Source: Pelagomonas calceolata
Lineage: Eukaryota
Direction: 5' to 3'
Assembly: GCA_918797485.1 (NCBI GenBank)
Contig: CAKKNE010000005.1
Coordinates: 3,968,001 to 4,032,000, forward strand
Length of the DNA stretch: 64,000 nucleotides
The translations under genes and the position numbers were made by a program. Position 1 is the first letter of the stretch. Each line of letters starts with the position of its first letter. Below, piece by piece: positions 1-10,088 of the stretch. The notes below the pieces were generated by a model that was given only the letters and a program-made list of their open reading frames with translations, was not told where the DNA came from and made no database searches.

Positions 1-4
1 CAGT

Positions 5-569
5 ATGCCCGCCCCGCGCCAGCGGATCGGGCGCGAGGGCGGCCCCGAAGTGGGCGACGACGTAAAACTCTACGCCATACAGAAGCGGAGCATGCGGGGC
101 TCGAGAAACCGGGACTACCCCGACTTCGGCGATTTCGTGATGACGGAGTCGATGGGCAAGGTGATGTGGCACTACACGTCCACGGTCCACCAGTGCTTCA
201 AGGGCGTCGGCGTCTCCGGCGTCGTCAAAGAGATTTACAGCGCCAAAATCTTCTTTGGCGAGCCGTTCCTAGGAGGGACGGTCGACGATCAGGATGGTCG
301 ATTAGTGGCGGCCGTGCGTCGGGCTCGAGCTCGACGTCGACTACTCGCGCCGCGTCGACGACGACGAGATCGACCGCATGGAGACCTACATCAGGGCATT
401 CCACGACGCGGCTGACGAGGAGCCCGCGTCGCCGTGGCAGGTCGACCCGCTCCAGACCGACGCCGACCGCGCGCTGCGAGCCGAGCTGGTCGAGGGGTTC
501 AACCCGCAGTCGCTCCGCGAAGAGTACGTCGCCATGCGGGCGGCGACGAGAGCCATCCTAGAAGTGTAA
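5..569 (+). CDS. Hypothetical protein, possibly 5'-partial, probably with an intron ending at about 305
   Basis: GC3-rich ORF 5..415 and a second frame (WRPCVGLELDVDY...AILEV*) that opens right after 'ttag' at 302-305; donor not resolved. Confidence 0.4.
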
Positions 570-589
570 GTTAGTGCGCGCGCGACCGT

Positions 590-694
590 AGCCCAGTTCG
601 CCCAGTTCGCCCAGTTTACCCAGTTTCGAGATTCCAGTTTGACGAGTTCTCCGAGTTTCCAGTTTCCAGTTTCCAGTTTTCAGTTTCCAGTTTT
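590..694. repeat. Degenerate tandem repeat of (G/T/A)CCCAGTT(C/T) and TTTCCAG units
   Basis: gcccagttc gcccagttc gcccagttt acccagttt ... tttccag tttccag tttccag ttttcag tttccag. Confidence 0.8.
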
Positions 695-1320
695 GCGTGT
701 GGGTTTTGCCGCCCATAACAGTCTAGCGGCGCGAACGGCCAAGCGACGTCTCGCTCGGTGCAAGCCCGACTCTCGTACGTATTACAGAGAATCAGGCCCG
801 GAAAACGCGCAAGCGACGGCTCGGCGACGGCGCGCTCCGCGTCGAGTGTCGCGGCGGGTCTTTTTTGTTGCGCCCGGCGTCGTGCTCGACGGACGTCGTG
901 CTGGCGGTGCTCCGGGCGCTCTCGTCTGTGTAATGTGTTTACCTCCTAGTATCCATACGCGCGATCTACAAACCCAAAGAAGTCACGAAGGCCTCACGTT
1001 GGCTCGGTGGCTAGGCGGTCTAGCTCTCAACAAGGCAAAGAAAGTCCCGCGGGACAGGTAAATGAACTTCGCTCACATTCGGTTTTTTGGAATCCTGGAG
1101 ACGGTTGGAAGACGACCAGGACAGATTCAGATGCGTCCGGCGGCTTGAGCCGCCGCCAGCGAAGCAACTCGGCGCCTCTCCATGGTGTAAATCGGCGGCG
1201 TTTTTGACCGTGGAAATTGCACTTAGCTGTTGCCTTATAGCAGCCATTATCCGCATACTAATCACTGCGCTCGCGCTCTGCGCTGAATCACTGGTGCTCA
1301 AAGGACGCAGCAACAACAGG

Positions 1321-2897
1321 ATGGCTGCTATGATTAAAAGCCACCCTGGCTTAAAGCCCCTCGAGGAGGTCGACAGCGAGATGTCTGAGCTCATCGCCCA
1401 GGAGCAGCGGCGCCAGGCATGCGCACGGCGTCCGAAACCGAAAGAGAGAGGGGGGGAGCGCGCCGAGTCGGGACGCGTCGACGCGCCGTCTTCCCGGTGA
1501 CCACGTCTGCTCGATGGCGCGACGGCGCTCGGTCGGCGGCGCGTCCCAGCTTCCACGCCATCGCCGCGACCGCGTCTCTCAAAACACAGTTCACGTCCAT
1601 CGAGCTCATCGCGTCGGAGAACTTCGCCAGTAGAGCCATCATGGACTGCCTCGGTTCCTGCCTCACGAACAAGTACGCCGAGGGCCTCCCCGGCAAGCGC
1701 TATTATGGAGGCAACGAGGTCATCGACCAGATCGAGAACCTCTGCAAGAGCCGCGCGCTCGAGGCGTACCGATTGTCCCCGGACGAGTGGGGCGTCAACG
1801 TGCAGCCCTACTCCGGCTCGCCGGCGAACTTCGCCGTCTATACCGGATTATTGAGCCCGCACGCGCGCATCATGGGCCTCGACCTGCCGAGCGGCGGTCA
1901 TTTAACCCACGGCTTTTATACCCTCGACAAGAAGACCATGAGCCGCAAGCCCGTCTCTGCGACTTCCGTCTACTTTGAAAGCTTACCGTACCGCGTGCAC
2001 CCCGAGACGGGCCTCATCGACTTCGACGAGCTCGCGAAGACGGCGGGCGTCTTCAAGCCCGCGCTGATCGTCTGCGGCGGGTCGGCGTACCCTCGGGACT
2101 GGGACTATGCCAAATTCCGGGAAATCGCCGACGCGAACGGGTCGCTGCTGATGATGGACATGGCCCACATTAGTGGATTGGTGGCCGCCCAGGAGGCCGC
2201 GGACCCCTTCAAGTACTGCGACATCGTCACGACGACGACGCACAAATCATTGAGAGGCCCTCGGTCGGGCATCATCTTCTTCCGCAAGGACGCTAGGGGC
2301 TTCGAGGACAAGATCAACAACGCCGTCTTCCCGGCGCTGCAGGGCGGGCCCCACGAGCACCAGATCGCCGGCGTCGCGGTGCAGCTTCGCGAAACCACCA
2401 AACCTGAATTCAAGGGCTACATCCAGCAGGTCAAGGCGAACATCAAAGCTCTTGGAGCTAGATTAACTTCATATGGCTACAAGTTGGCGACAGGAGGTAC
2501 GGACAACCACCTCGTGTTGTGGGACCTCAAGCCCGAGGGCGTCACCGGCTCGAAGATCGAGAAGATCTGCGACGTCTGCCAGATCACGCTGAACAAGAAC
2601 GCCGTGCCGGGCGACGTTTCCGCGCTCTCGCCGGGCGGTGTTAGAATTGGTGCCCCCGCGATGACCACGCGAGGCCTCAAGGAAGCCGACTTCGAGGCCG
2701 TGGCCGACATGCTCCACGAGGCCGTCCAGCTCGCCAAAACCATCCAAGCATCCGCGCCGGACAAGAAGCTCGTCACGTTCTCCAAATTGTTGGACGGCCA
2801 CGCCGGTGTGGATTCATTACGCACGAAGGTCAAGGCCTTCGCGGCGTCGTACGGCATGCCGGGCAAGCCCTTCGGCAAGTACAACCCCGAGCCCTGA
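1321..2897 (+). CDS. SHMT: Serine hydroxymethyltransferase (exons 1321-1416, 1590-2897; GC-AG intron)
   Basis: [53 protein letters not shown] (PLP lysine), FPALQGGPH. Confidence 0.97.
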
Positions 2898-3076
2898 GCT
2901 TTGAACATACGGTTGGCCCCCGCCCGTGGTCGCGGCCGGGCGCCCCTCTGCACATTTAGTCCTCCTGGATATAGTAGTGGACCGTCTCCTAGTTTCTCTC
3001 GCCGCGGGGCGTGGGGGAATCAGCTGTCGTCGCGTCGACGGCGTGAAGGGTGAGACTTCAGACACTCATCATGATA

Positions 3077-3877
3077 TTACGACTTCTTCCCGCGGGGCGC
3101 CAGCACCTTGTTGCTCATGAAGCCCGTGTCGATGACCGTCGCGCCGGCCTCGACGTCCTTGGTCACCATGGCGCCGGTGCCGATGGTTGCGCCGTCGCCG
3201 ACGGTGATCGGTCCGAGCACGTTGGCGCCGTTGCCCAGCGTGCAGCCGCTGCCGACGTGCGGGTGCCGTCGGCCGTTCTTCGTTTTGCCCGTCGCTCTTA
3301 GGGTGACCCCGTGCAGAATGTAGCAGTCGTCGCCGACCGCGGCCTGCTCGCCGATGACGACGCCGGTAGCGTGGTCGATAAACACGCCGGAACCCACGGT
3401 CGCGCCGGGATGGATATCGACACCAGTCGCCGCCGACGCGGCGCCCTGCAGTAGCAGTGCGAGTTGCCCCGCGCCCGGGTCCTCGTTCCTGGACGACCAG
3501 AGACTGCTCGCGGCGCGGTGCGCCGCCAAGGCCAAAAATCCCTTGAAATGCAGGAACACCGTCAGCAACTCCGGCGCCGCGGGATCGCCCTCGACGACCG
3601 CATTCAGATCTCGCGCGAGCAAGGTCTCGTCGAGGCGGTCTTCGAGCACCAGCATGAGCTTCTCGCCATCGAGCGCGCCGCCGAGCCGCTCGGTGAGGAG
3701 CGCTGCCGTTGCCGGCGCCAGTGAAGCGTGCGAGCCAATGGCTTCATTGAGGTACGGCCGCAGCAGCGCCGACAACGGACTGGTTGCCGCGACCGACGCC
3801 TGCTGCTTGATGGAGTGCCATACCTCGTTGGGTTGCAATGCAGCCGCGGCGACGGCGTGCAGGAGGACAGCTCTCAT
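3077..3877 (-). CDS. cysE: Serine O-acetyltransferase with signal-peptide-like N-terminus
   Basis: DPAA..FLHFKGF, GVDIHPGA, FIDHATGVVIGE, RHPHVG, hexapeptide repeats. Confidence 0.92.
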   Translation of the reverse strand: MRAVLLHAVAAAALQPNEVWHSIKQQASVAATSPLSALLRPYLNEAIGSHASLAPATAALLTERLGGALDGEKLMLVLEDRLDETLLARDLNAVVEGDPAAPELLTVFLHFKGFLALAAHRAASSLWSSRNEDPGAGQLALLLQGAASAATGVDIHPGATVGSGVFIDHATGVVIGEQAAVGDDCYILHGVTLRATGKTKNGRRHPHVGSGCTLGNGANVLGPITVGDGATIGTGAMVTKDVEAGATVIDTGFMSNKVLAPRGKKS

Positions 3878-3983
3878 TATGCAATGCAGCGCGCTGATTT
3901 AATGCATTTTATGACAAAAACTGGACAAATGCGGGTGGGACAAAGGCTTGGCTCTCATACAAAGGGCAATGCTCTCTGGCATC

Positions 3984-4005
3984 CTAGTGTCTTACAGGCC
4001 GCTAG
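3984..4005 (-). promoter_or_regulatory. 22-bp CTAG-bounded promoter-region element
   Basis: CTAGTGTCTTACAGGCCGCTAG; exact reverse complement of 10067-10088. Confidence 0.7.
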
Positions 4006-4084
4006 CACGATTTTCCAGCGCTGGCCAGCCAGTTCGACGTCGAAGCGTTTGCTCAAGGTGAAGCCCATTGTCGGCCCTTCATTA

Positions 4085-4324
4085 ATGCAAGTTTTGTTGG
4101 GCCTCGAGTCGCGCGCGCGAGTTTCGAGCGGTCGGCGCGCGGACGACTCCTTCTGGAGTAACGCGGCGTTCTGTAGGAACGTCGTGGGCTGCCTCTACCG
4201 AGCCGACGTCGAAGCGTACGTGAGCGCCTGCCGGGCGCCGGCGTTGGGGACCTGCGCGGCCTTCCGTTCCGCCTGCGAGGTGCAGCTCGGGCGGCTCCGG
4301 GACGTGTGCGGGCTGGACGTTTGA
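4085..4324 (+). CDS. Possible small Cys-containing protein (79 aa)
   Basis: ATG 4085 to TGA 4324, GC3-rich, 80 bp downstream of a CTAG element. Confidence 0.35.
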   Translation: MQVLLGLESRARVSSGRRADDSFWSNAAFCRNVVGCLYRADVEAYVSACRAPALGTCAAFRSACEVQLGRLRDVCGLDV

Positions 4325-4406
4325 GCGCACGTCCCCCACCCCTCCCGGACGTAAATATTCACCTTCCTGTGAGGGACTCAGTGCAATGTCCTAGTATCCT
4401 TAGCAA

Positions 4407-6866
4407 CTAGCCCACCTCCATGGGATCCGCCGTCAGCTCCCTCAACATAAAATAGGCCTGCTGCGACCGCACCTCCATGTCCTTCAGTTTGTCGACGTCG
4501 CCCGCGATGTTCGCCAGCCGCGCCGTCCGAGCTTTATCTTCTTCCTCCGTACCCTCGCGCACCTCGCCGAAGACCACGTCTCGCAATTCCGGCGGCAACG
4601 TTAAATCCTGAGCGTCCATGCGCGGCACCTGTTGACCCAACTTCGCCTCGACGCCCTTCAGCAACTCGGGTTCGTCGTACCAGACGCAGTTGCCGCCCTT
4701 CTCAAATTCGCGCGTGTCTTTTTGCGGCGGCTTCTTGCCCCGCTGGCAGAACCAGACCTTCTCTTTTACGGTAGAGACGAGAGACACGGCCAATCCGACC
4801 TTGTCGGCTCGCCCAACTCGACCAATCCTATGAACATAATTCTCGGCAACATCAGGCAAAGTCACGTTGACCACGCAAGGCAATCCAACAACATCAATAC
4901 CCCTAGCTGCCACATCGGTCGCGATCAAAATCTTCACGTCTCCCGCCTTGAAGGCCTCGAGGTTCCTCCGCCGCTCGTGCATCGAGCGCATGCCAGCTAA
5001 CACGCAACACGCGTAGGGCGACTCTTTCCCCGACTCCTTCCTTCCTCTGAAACCACCACTACCGCCGATCTTGTTCAGGTACTTTTCAAATAGGTCGCAG
5101 TCGAGGTTCGTCCGACAGAACACCAAACACTGCTCCATCTTGAGGGAATCGAACAATTTGACAAACAAAGCCGGTTTGGCGAGCTTCACGACCTCTGATG
5201 AATCTTCTTGCGAGGTCTCCAACACGGCCTTGACGTCGCCCTTGAGCAGTGACGGCGCCTCAAATTTATCTAAATCACCCTTGCGGTGGACACTATCAGT
5301 AGTAACACGTTTGTCGTCATCTAGAGACTGCTTGGCTAGTTCTCGAATATCGAGGGACGACGGATCCACAGGTACCACTAAATGCTTCACAGAGTCAGGT
5401 AAGTGCTTCTCGCCCTTCAAATCGACCCACGTCGGGTTGTCGCAGACCTTTCTTGACAACTCCTTGATGGCTTCCGAGTGCAAAGTAGCGGAGAAGAAGG
5501 CCACCTGCAGCCGCCGGTCGCGCGCCGTCGCCGACGCGCCCTTCGGCAATTTCTCGAAGATCTTGAGGCACGTCGCGACGTCGTCCGTCTCGATGAACCG
5601 GTCCGCCTCGTCCAGCGTGAAGAAGCGGCAGGCGTCGACGTCCATGATGCCTCGCTTCACCAAGTCCCAGACCTTGAGAGGCGTGCCCGTCACGATATCC
5701 ACATCTCCATTCCTGAGAGCTTGTTCGGCTTCTTTTGTATTTATACCGCCGATCAGCAGCGCGCATTTGATGTGCGGGTCTTGCAAATAACGAGCATACG
5801 ACTCAATGCAGTCGTGGGTCTGCTCCGCCAGGTCCCGAGCCGGTTCGAGGATGATGGCCGATACCGACCGGCCACTTTTCTGGCGTTTTTTGGTTGACTC
5901 GTACTCGTTCTGGTCCTTACGAAGGCCCGCTTGCAGCTGGGGGCACGCCGCTACGGATACAAACCCTTCTTTCGGGAACTTCAGCTCCGAAAATGATACA
6001 GCCAGCTGCGCGTTCCGCATCGCGACCGCCGGGAAGAGAGCTACACCTTGTAAAGCTGGCGGTAACGGTGCGAAGGCATTGCCAAACGACTTCCCGTTGA
6101 CGTCGAAGCCGCAACTACCCCCTTCGACGTCGAGGTCGAGCCAGCACCTGCGCGGAGCAGCGGTCGCTCGACTCGGTCCGAATGGCCTCAAATTCGAAAA
6201 AGAAACCACCCACTTCATGGTGAGATGGACACGAGTCGCATCGATGGCGTGAAGGCGCCTCCACACGACGGGACGCCGAGATACGCACGTCACGACGTCG
6301 CCTTTGCCGTATTTCGTACCGTAGTCGTCGAACTGGCGGTTGTGACTTTTCTTGGCCGTCGCGCCGAAGCCCAGGCCGTTCTTGTCCGTGCCTAAGTCTA
6401 ACGAGGCCGCTTGGGTTGACCAGCCCGCCCTGCATAGTCCTTCGTCCTCCACACAGATCTCGAAGGCGTACTTGCCACTCTTGGCGGCAATTCCTTGCGA
6501 GCAGCGGCCGCCGGACCACCTTTCTGAACGCGACTGGCACCGGTCATTGTCTACGGCTAAAGTAGCGTCGCGGTCTTGTGTAGATAATGCAGGAGGGCCC
6601 GTCGGCGGCGGCGGCGCCTCTGGTGCCTCCTCGACCGCTGCGGGCGCCTCGGGCTCCTTGAGCTTCTCGTGCACCAGTTCTAAGATAGGTAACGAGAAGG
6701 CCGCCGTCTTGCCGCTGCCCGTCGGCGCGGCGACCATGACGTCGCCGCCGCCCAGGATCAGCGGGATGGCCTCGTCCTGGACTTCCGTCGGGAGCGTGTA
6801 GCCCACGTCATAAATGCCTCGCTGCAGCTCCGGGCTCAGGCCCATGGCCTCGAAGCCGCCGGACAT
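4407..6866 (-). CDS. DDX1: DEAD-box RNA helicase DDX1 with SPRY insertion; in-frame intron 6288-6148
   Basis: Q-motif, APTGSGKT, SPRY region (GLCRAGWS..LDLGTDK.G.GFG), DEAD, SAT, ARGID, HRIGRVGR; splicing restores GDVVT|CWLDLD. Confidence 0.95.
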   Translation of the reverse strand: MSGGFEAMGLSPELQRGIYDVGYTLPTEVQDEAIPLILGGGDVMVAAPTGSGKTAAFSLPILELVHEKLKEPEAPAAVEEAPEAPPPPTGPPALSTQDRDATLAVDNDRCQSRSERWSGGRCSQGIAAKSGKYAFEICVEDEGLCRAGWSTQAASLDLGTDKNGLGFGATAKKSHNRQFDDYGTKYGKGDVVTCVSRRPVVWRRLHAIDATRVHLTMKWVVSFSNLRPFGPSRATAAPRRCWLDLDVEGGSCGFDVNGKSFGNAFAPLPPALQGVALFPAVAMRNAQLAVSFSELKFPKEGFVSVAACPQLQAGLRKDQNEYESTKKRQKSGRSVSAIILEPARDLAEQTHDCIESYARYLQDPHIKCALLIGGINTKEAEQALRNGDVDIVTGTPLKVWDLVKRGIMDVDACRFFTLDEADRFIETDDVATCLKIFEKLPKGASATARDRRLQVAFFSATLHSEAIKELSRKVCDNPTWVDLKGEKHLPDSVKHLVVPVDPSSLDIRELAKQSLDDDKRVTTDSVHRKGDLDKFEAPSLLKGDVKAVLETSQEDSSEVVKLAKPALFVKLFDSLKMEQCLVFCRTNLDCDLFEKYLNKIGGSGGFRGRKESGKESPYACCVLAGMRSMHERRRNLEAFKAGDVKILIATDVAARGIDVVGLPCVVNVTLPDVAENYVHRIGRVGRADKVGLAVSLVSTVKEKVWFCQRGKKPPQKDTREFEKGGNCVWYDEPELLKGVEAKLGQQVPRMDAQDLTLPPELRDVVFGEVREGTEEEDKARTARLANIAGDVDKLKDMEVRSQQAYFMLRELTADPMEVG

Positions 6867-7048
6867 GGTCGCTCGGGAGCTTGTGCAGCTGTGCTCTCGC
6901 TCGCTCTAGGTGCACTGCGGCTCAGCGGCTGGCGGCGGCAGCGTGGTGTGGCAGTTCTTGTGAGTCACTAGCGCTGCTCAGCGAGTGTTCAACGACCACT
7001 GCGCACGAGTATCGAGGCTTCGCCGCTTGCTCGAGCTTCGAGTGATTC

Positions 7049-7070
7049 CTAGTGTGTCTATGAACGCTAG
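7049..7070 (-). promoter_or_regulatory. 22-bp CTAG-bounded element (variant) in divergent promoter
   Basis: CTAGTGTGTCTATGAACGCTAG. Confidence 0.6.
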
Positions 7071-7348
7071 CCGCTGCGTTTTGGCGTTGGCGTTGTCGCA
7101 AACGGCCCAAATTCCCGGTAAGAAGGGCAGTGCTCGCCGGCCTGACCACGTCGGGGACTGAACAGGCTCCCCACGCCATCGACGCGACGGCGTGCGGCTC
7201 CGAGGAGGGAGTGCGCTGCCTAGGCCATTAGGCTGCCCACACCATCCCACCTGCCGCTAGAGGCGGGGCTCCTCATTCATACCAGGGAGGGAGGTTTGCC
7301 GACGACAAGCCAGCCGACGCGGGGCAGCCCCAGAGACCAAACGCGACC

Positions 7349-9001
7349 ATGGCCGAGGTGCGCTGGGACGGCTACGAAGGCATCTACGCCGACCGCGCGG
7401 CGGACCCGCTCTTCAGCCCACGAATAATCGGCACGACGGCGGACCCCGACGACCGCGTGAAGGCGCCGCCCGGCTCATTACCGGCACAGCTCACCGTCGA
7501 CCCCCTCGCGTTCTACCGCGTCACACCATCTGTCAATGAGCCCCGGGAGGACGCCGTCTCCATTGATACTCATAGGAGGGATGAACTCGTCAACGACCCG
7601 GCGTTCTTCCGGCGCGGCATCTTCGCGAAACGAAGTCCTGTGAAAAAAACACCCGACGCCGCACTGATGCAGAAAGCCGTGGTCCTCCAGGCGCGCTGGC
7701 GCGGCGTGGCCTCCAGGCGCGCACTGGCGAATGAAGAGGACGCGAGCGTCGACCGGGCAATCCAAGAGCGCATTCTGAAGCTCATGCGTAATGATGAAGA
7801 CGCGAGCACGAATACGAACCAAACAGTGGAAGCGTTCATGCGCACGCCGGTGTCGACGTGGGTCGACGACAGCGACGCCGCGACGGTCGAGACGGCGACG
7901 GCTCGGACGGCCGAGCCGTCGGTCGACGATCCGTCGATCACGACCTCCCGGAAGGGCGAGATTTTGAGGAGGGCGCTCGTCACGGGTGAACCTATAAGTT
8001 GCGCGGGCCCGGTCCATCTCAATCTGGTGATAGCGTCGGGCAAGCGAAGGGGCCTCGTCGTCGACCATCGAGGCGGCGACGCGGTCACGCGGGAGTGCTG
8101 CTGCTTCCTGCCCTGGGTGCCGTGGCAGCCTTGGCTCCTCTGCGCGTGTTCGGATGTTGTTAGGGTGGGCGGCACCCGCACCTCATTCTTGTGCTGTAGC
8201 TACTCCGACGTCGTCAAGGCGAAGTACTACCCCTCCTCGAAGGCAATTAAAATAGAGGGCTGCCTGAGCTGCTGCGTCCCGCACCCGTTCGGCCAGCACC
8301 TCCACGTGCCCCGGGGCATTTATGGAGTGGACGCGCCGGTGGCGTCCTTTGGGTGCCTGTGCCCCGTGTTTAGGGGGAGGGAGCGCTTCGATCTTTATGA
8401 TGACGGCACGATCCGGCCGGCGCCGCGGCCGGATCTGGTCGTGGGGCGGCGGCACGTCGTCCGCGACAATAGATTATGTCTGGTACGGCATTCAGACGTC
8501 CACCGGCGCCTGGTCTTCAGCGACGTCCTGCGCCAGGCGAAGGCGGGAGGCGGGAAGTGCGTCTGCCCGCGGTGTCGTCGCAAGTGGTGCGGCTGCTGCC
8601 GGCGGTCTTCGTCGAAGCCCGTCGAGCCGGTGCGTGTCAGATTAAAACCTCTGGACGGCGTCTGCCGCTGCCACAAGGCCGCGCAGCGGTCACGTATGTG
8701 CCGGCGCGATGGCACGTGCGCGATCTGCGGCCGGCGGCGCGGCGCGAATAAAGTGAAGGCACCGACGGCGACGACGGCGGGCCAGGACACCTCCATCACC
8801 CCCGCAGAGCGTCAAAAAATAGAGCAGCAGAAGGAACGGGCCGCGCAGCTCGCGCGCCAGGAGGAGGCCCAGATCGACGCGTTCGTCCTTGGTGTTTTAG
8901 GGGAGAAGCGAGGTGCGGCGGCGCTGCGGCGAGAGAAGCTCAAGCCGAAGAACGAGGGGCTCCAGGGCAAGACGCCGGAGGCCGGTTGTGTCGTAATGTG
9001 A
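7349..9001 (+). CDS. Hypothetical protein with IQ-like motif, Cys-rich region and C-terminal CaaX
   Basis: 550-aa ORF; AVVLQARWRGVASRR; ends CVVM*. Confidence 0.7.
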   Translation: MAEVRWDGYEGIYADRAADPLFSPRIIGTTADPDDRVKAPPGSLPAQLTVDPLAFYRVTPSVNEPREDAVSIDTHRRDELVNDPAFFRRGIFAKRSPVKKTPDAALMQKAVVLQARWRGVASRRALANEEDASVDRAIQERILKLMRNDEDASTNTNQTVEAFMRTPVSTWVDDSDAATVETATARTAEPSVDDPSITTSRKGEILRRALVTGEPISCAGPVHLNLVIASGKRRGLVVDHRGGDAVTRECCCFLPWVPWQPWLLCACSDVVRVGGTRTSFLCCSYSDVVKAKYYPSSKAIKIEGCLSCCVPHPFGQHLHVPRGIYGVDAPVASFGCLCPVFRGRERFDLYDDGTIRPAPRPDLVVGRRHVVRDNRLCLVRHSDVHRRLVFSDVLRQAKAGGGKCVCPRCRRKWCGCCRRSSSKPVEPVRVRLKPLDGVCRCHKAAQRSRMCRRDGTCAICGRRRGANKVKAPTATTAGQDTSITPAERQKIEQQKERAAQLARQEEAQIDAFVLGVLGEKRGAAALRREKLKPKNEGLQGKTPEAGCVVM

Positions 9002-9227
9002 TTTTTGTCTATTTTTTCGACGCGGTGTCTCGCTTCTATCGCGTTTAGACCACGTCTCCCGAGCCGCTGACTTTGCGACGTATTCGGATTTACCCGGGTT
9101 TCTCGGCGGGGGTGTCTGTCGTGGTCTATACTCGAGAGGTCTCGCTCTAGAGTCTCTAGAGAACCTCCCGGCGACCCGCACCTCTGGTTTTAGTTGTTAT
9201 TACCCACAGACTCGTAAAGGACGGCCC

Positions 9228-9893
9228 TCACCACGCGTCGACCTCGCTCCCGCCGCCCGACTCGACGGCCGCCATCTCGGCGTCGGTGATGGGCGTCAGG
9301 CCGAAGCGCGGCGCGAGGTCCGCGAGCTCGACGGCGAGGCCCGACGGGACCGCCTCCACGGCCGGCGCCGCGGCGGCGGGCGTAGATACGGGCGCAGAAG
9401 CCTCCTTCTTGAGCAGCGACCGCTTGCCGAGGAATTTGATGAGCGGGACGTGACCGCGCTTCGGCGCCGGCTCGGGCGCCGCGGCGGGCGCCGCGGCCGG
9501 CTCCGGCGCGGCCGCGGGCGCGGCCGCGGGCGCGGCAACGGGCGCCGCGGCGCCGTCCGTGTCCAGCGTCATCATCTCGGCGCCGACCTGGACCTCGTCG
9601 TCGACCGCGACGGACAGACTCTGGACGACGCCCGCCGTGTCCGAGCGCACGTCCACGGACACCTTGTCCGTGTCTATCACTGCCACAATCTCATCCACCG
9701 CAACGGCGTCGCCGACCGCCTTCTCGACGGACGCGACCGTGCCCTCGGTGATCGAGTCGCCCATCGCGGGCACGTTCAGGACGTGCGTCGCGAGGGCGCG
9801 CGCGGCGGCCCGCCGCGGCGCCGCGGCCCGCGCGCCAGCGCTTCGCGGCGCCGCACGGGCGCGTTGGACCACTCGTCCGAGGGTCCGCAGCAT
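9228..9893 (-). CDS. Mitochondrial lipoyl-domain protein with Kgd4/MRPS36-like C-terminus
   Basis: Arg-rich presequence MLRTLGRVVQR; E2o-type lipoyl domain VPAMGDSITEG...DTDKVSVDV; Ala/Pro linker; HVPLIKFLGKR and ITDAEMAAVESGG motifs. Confidence 0.8.
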   Translation of the reverse strand: MLRTLGRVVQRARAAPRSAGARAAAPRRAAARALATHVLNVPAMGDSITEGTVASVEKAVGDAVAVDEIVAVIDTDKVSVDVRSDTAGVVQSLSVAVDDEVQVGAEMMTLDTDGAAAPVAAPAAAPAAAPEPAAAPAAAPEPAPKRGHVPLIKFLGKRSLLKKEASAPVSTPAAAAPAVEAVPSGLAVELADLAPRFGLTPITDAEMAAVESGGGSEVDAW

Positions 9894-10066
9894 GTCTTCT
9901 GTCTGGGGCTGTGCTCGCTTTTGCGCGGAGCGATGCGGTTTCCGCGCAGGGAGACTTGCTCTCCGATGCGTTCGGCGAGCGATGCGTCTGTGACAGGCTG
10001 CGATTTGCACGAGAACTGCTCAACCCGGCGTACTCCGGCCGCAAAGGAAAGGCTGCGCAGCCGGTG

Positions 10067-10088
10067 CTAGCGGCCTGTAAGACACTAG
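10067..10088 (+). promoter_or_regulatory. 22-bp CTAG-bounded element
   Basis: CTAGCGGCCTGTAAGACACTAG, about 175 bp upstream of ATG 9893. Confidence 0.7.

Noticed and set aside
1035..1210. GAAAGTCCC and small hairpins suggesting RNase P/MRP RNA
   Set aside because: No matching 3' conserved region found; cannot be supported without a covariance model
9131..9170. Palindromic CTCTAGAG cluster between convergent genes
   Set aside because: Single short imperfect hairpin that does not match the CTAG element core
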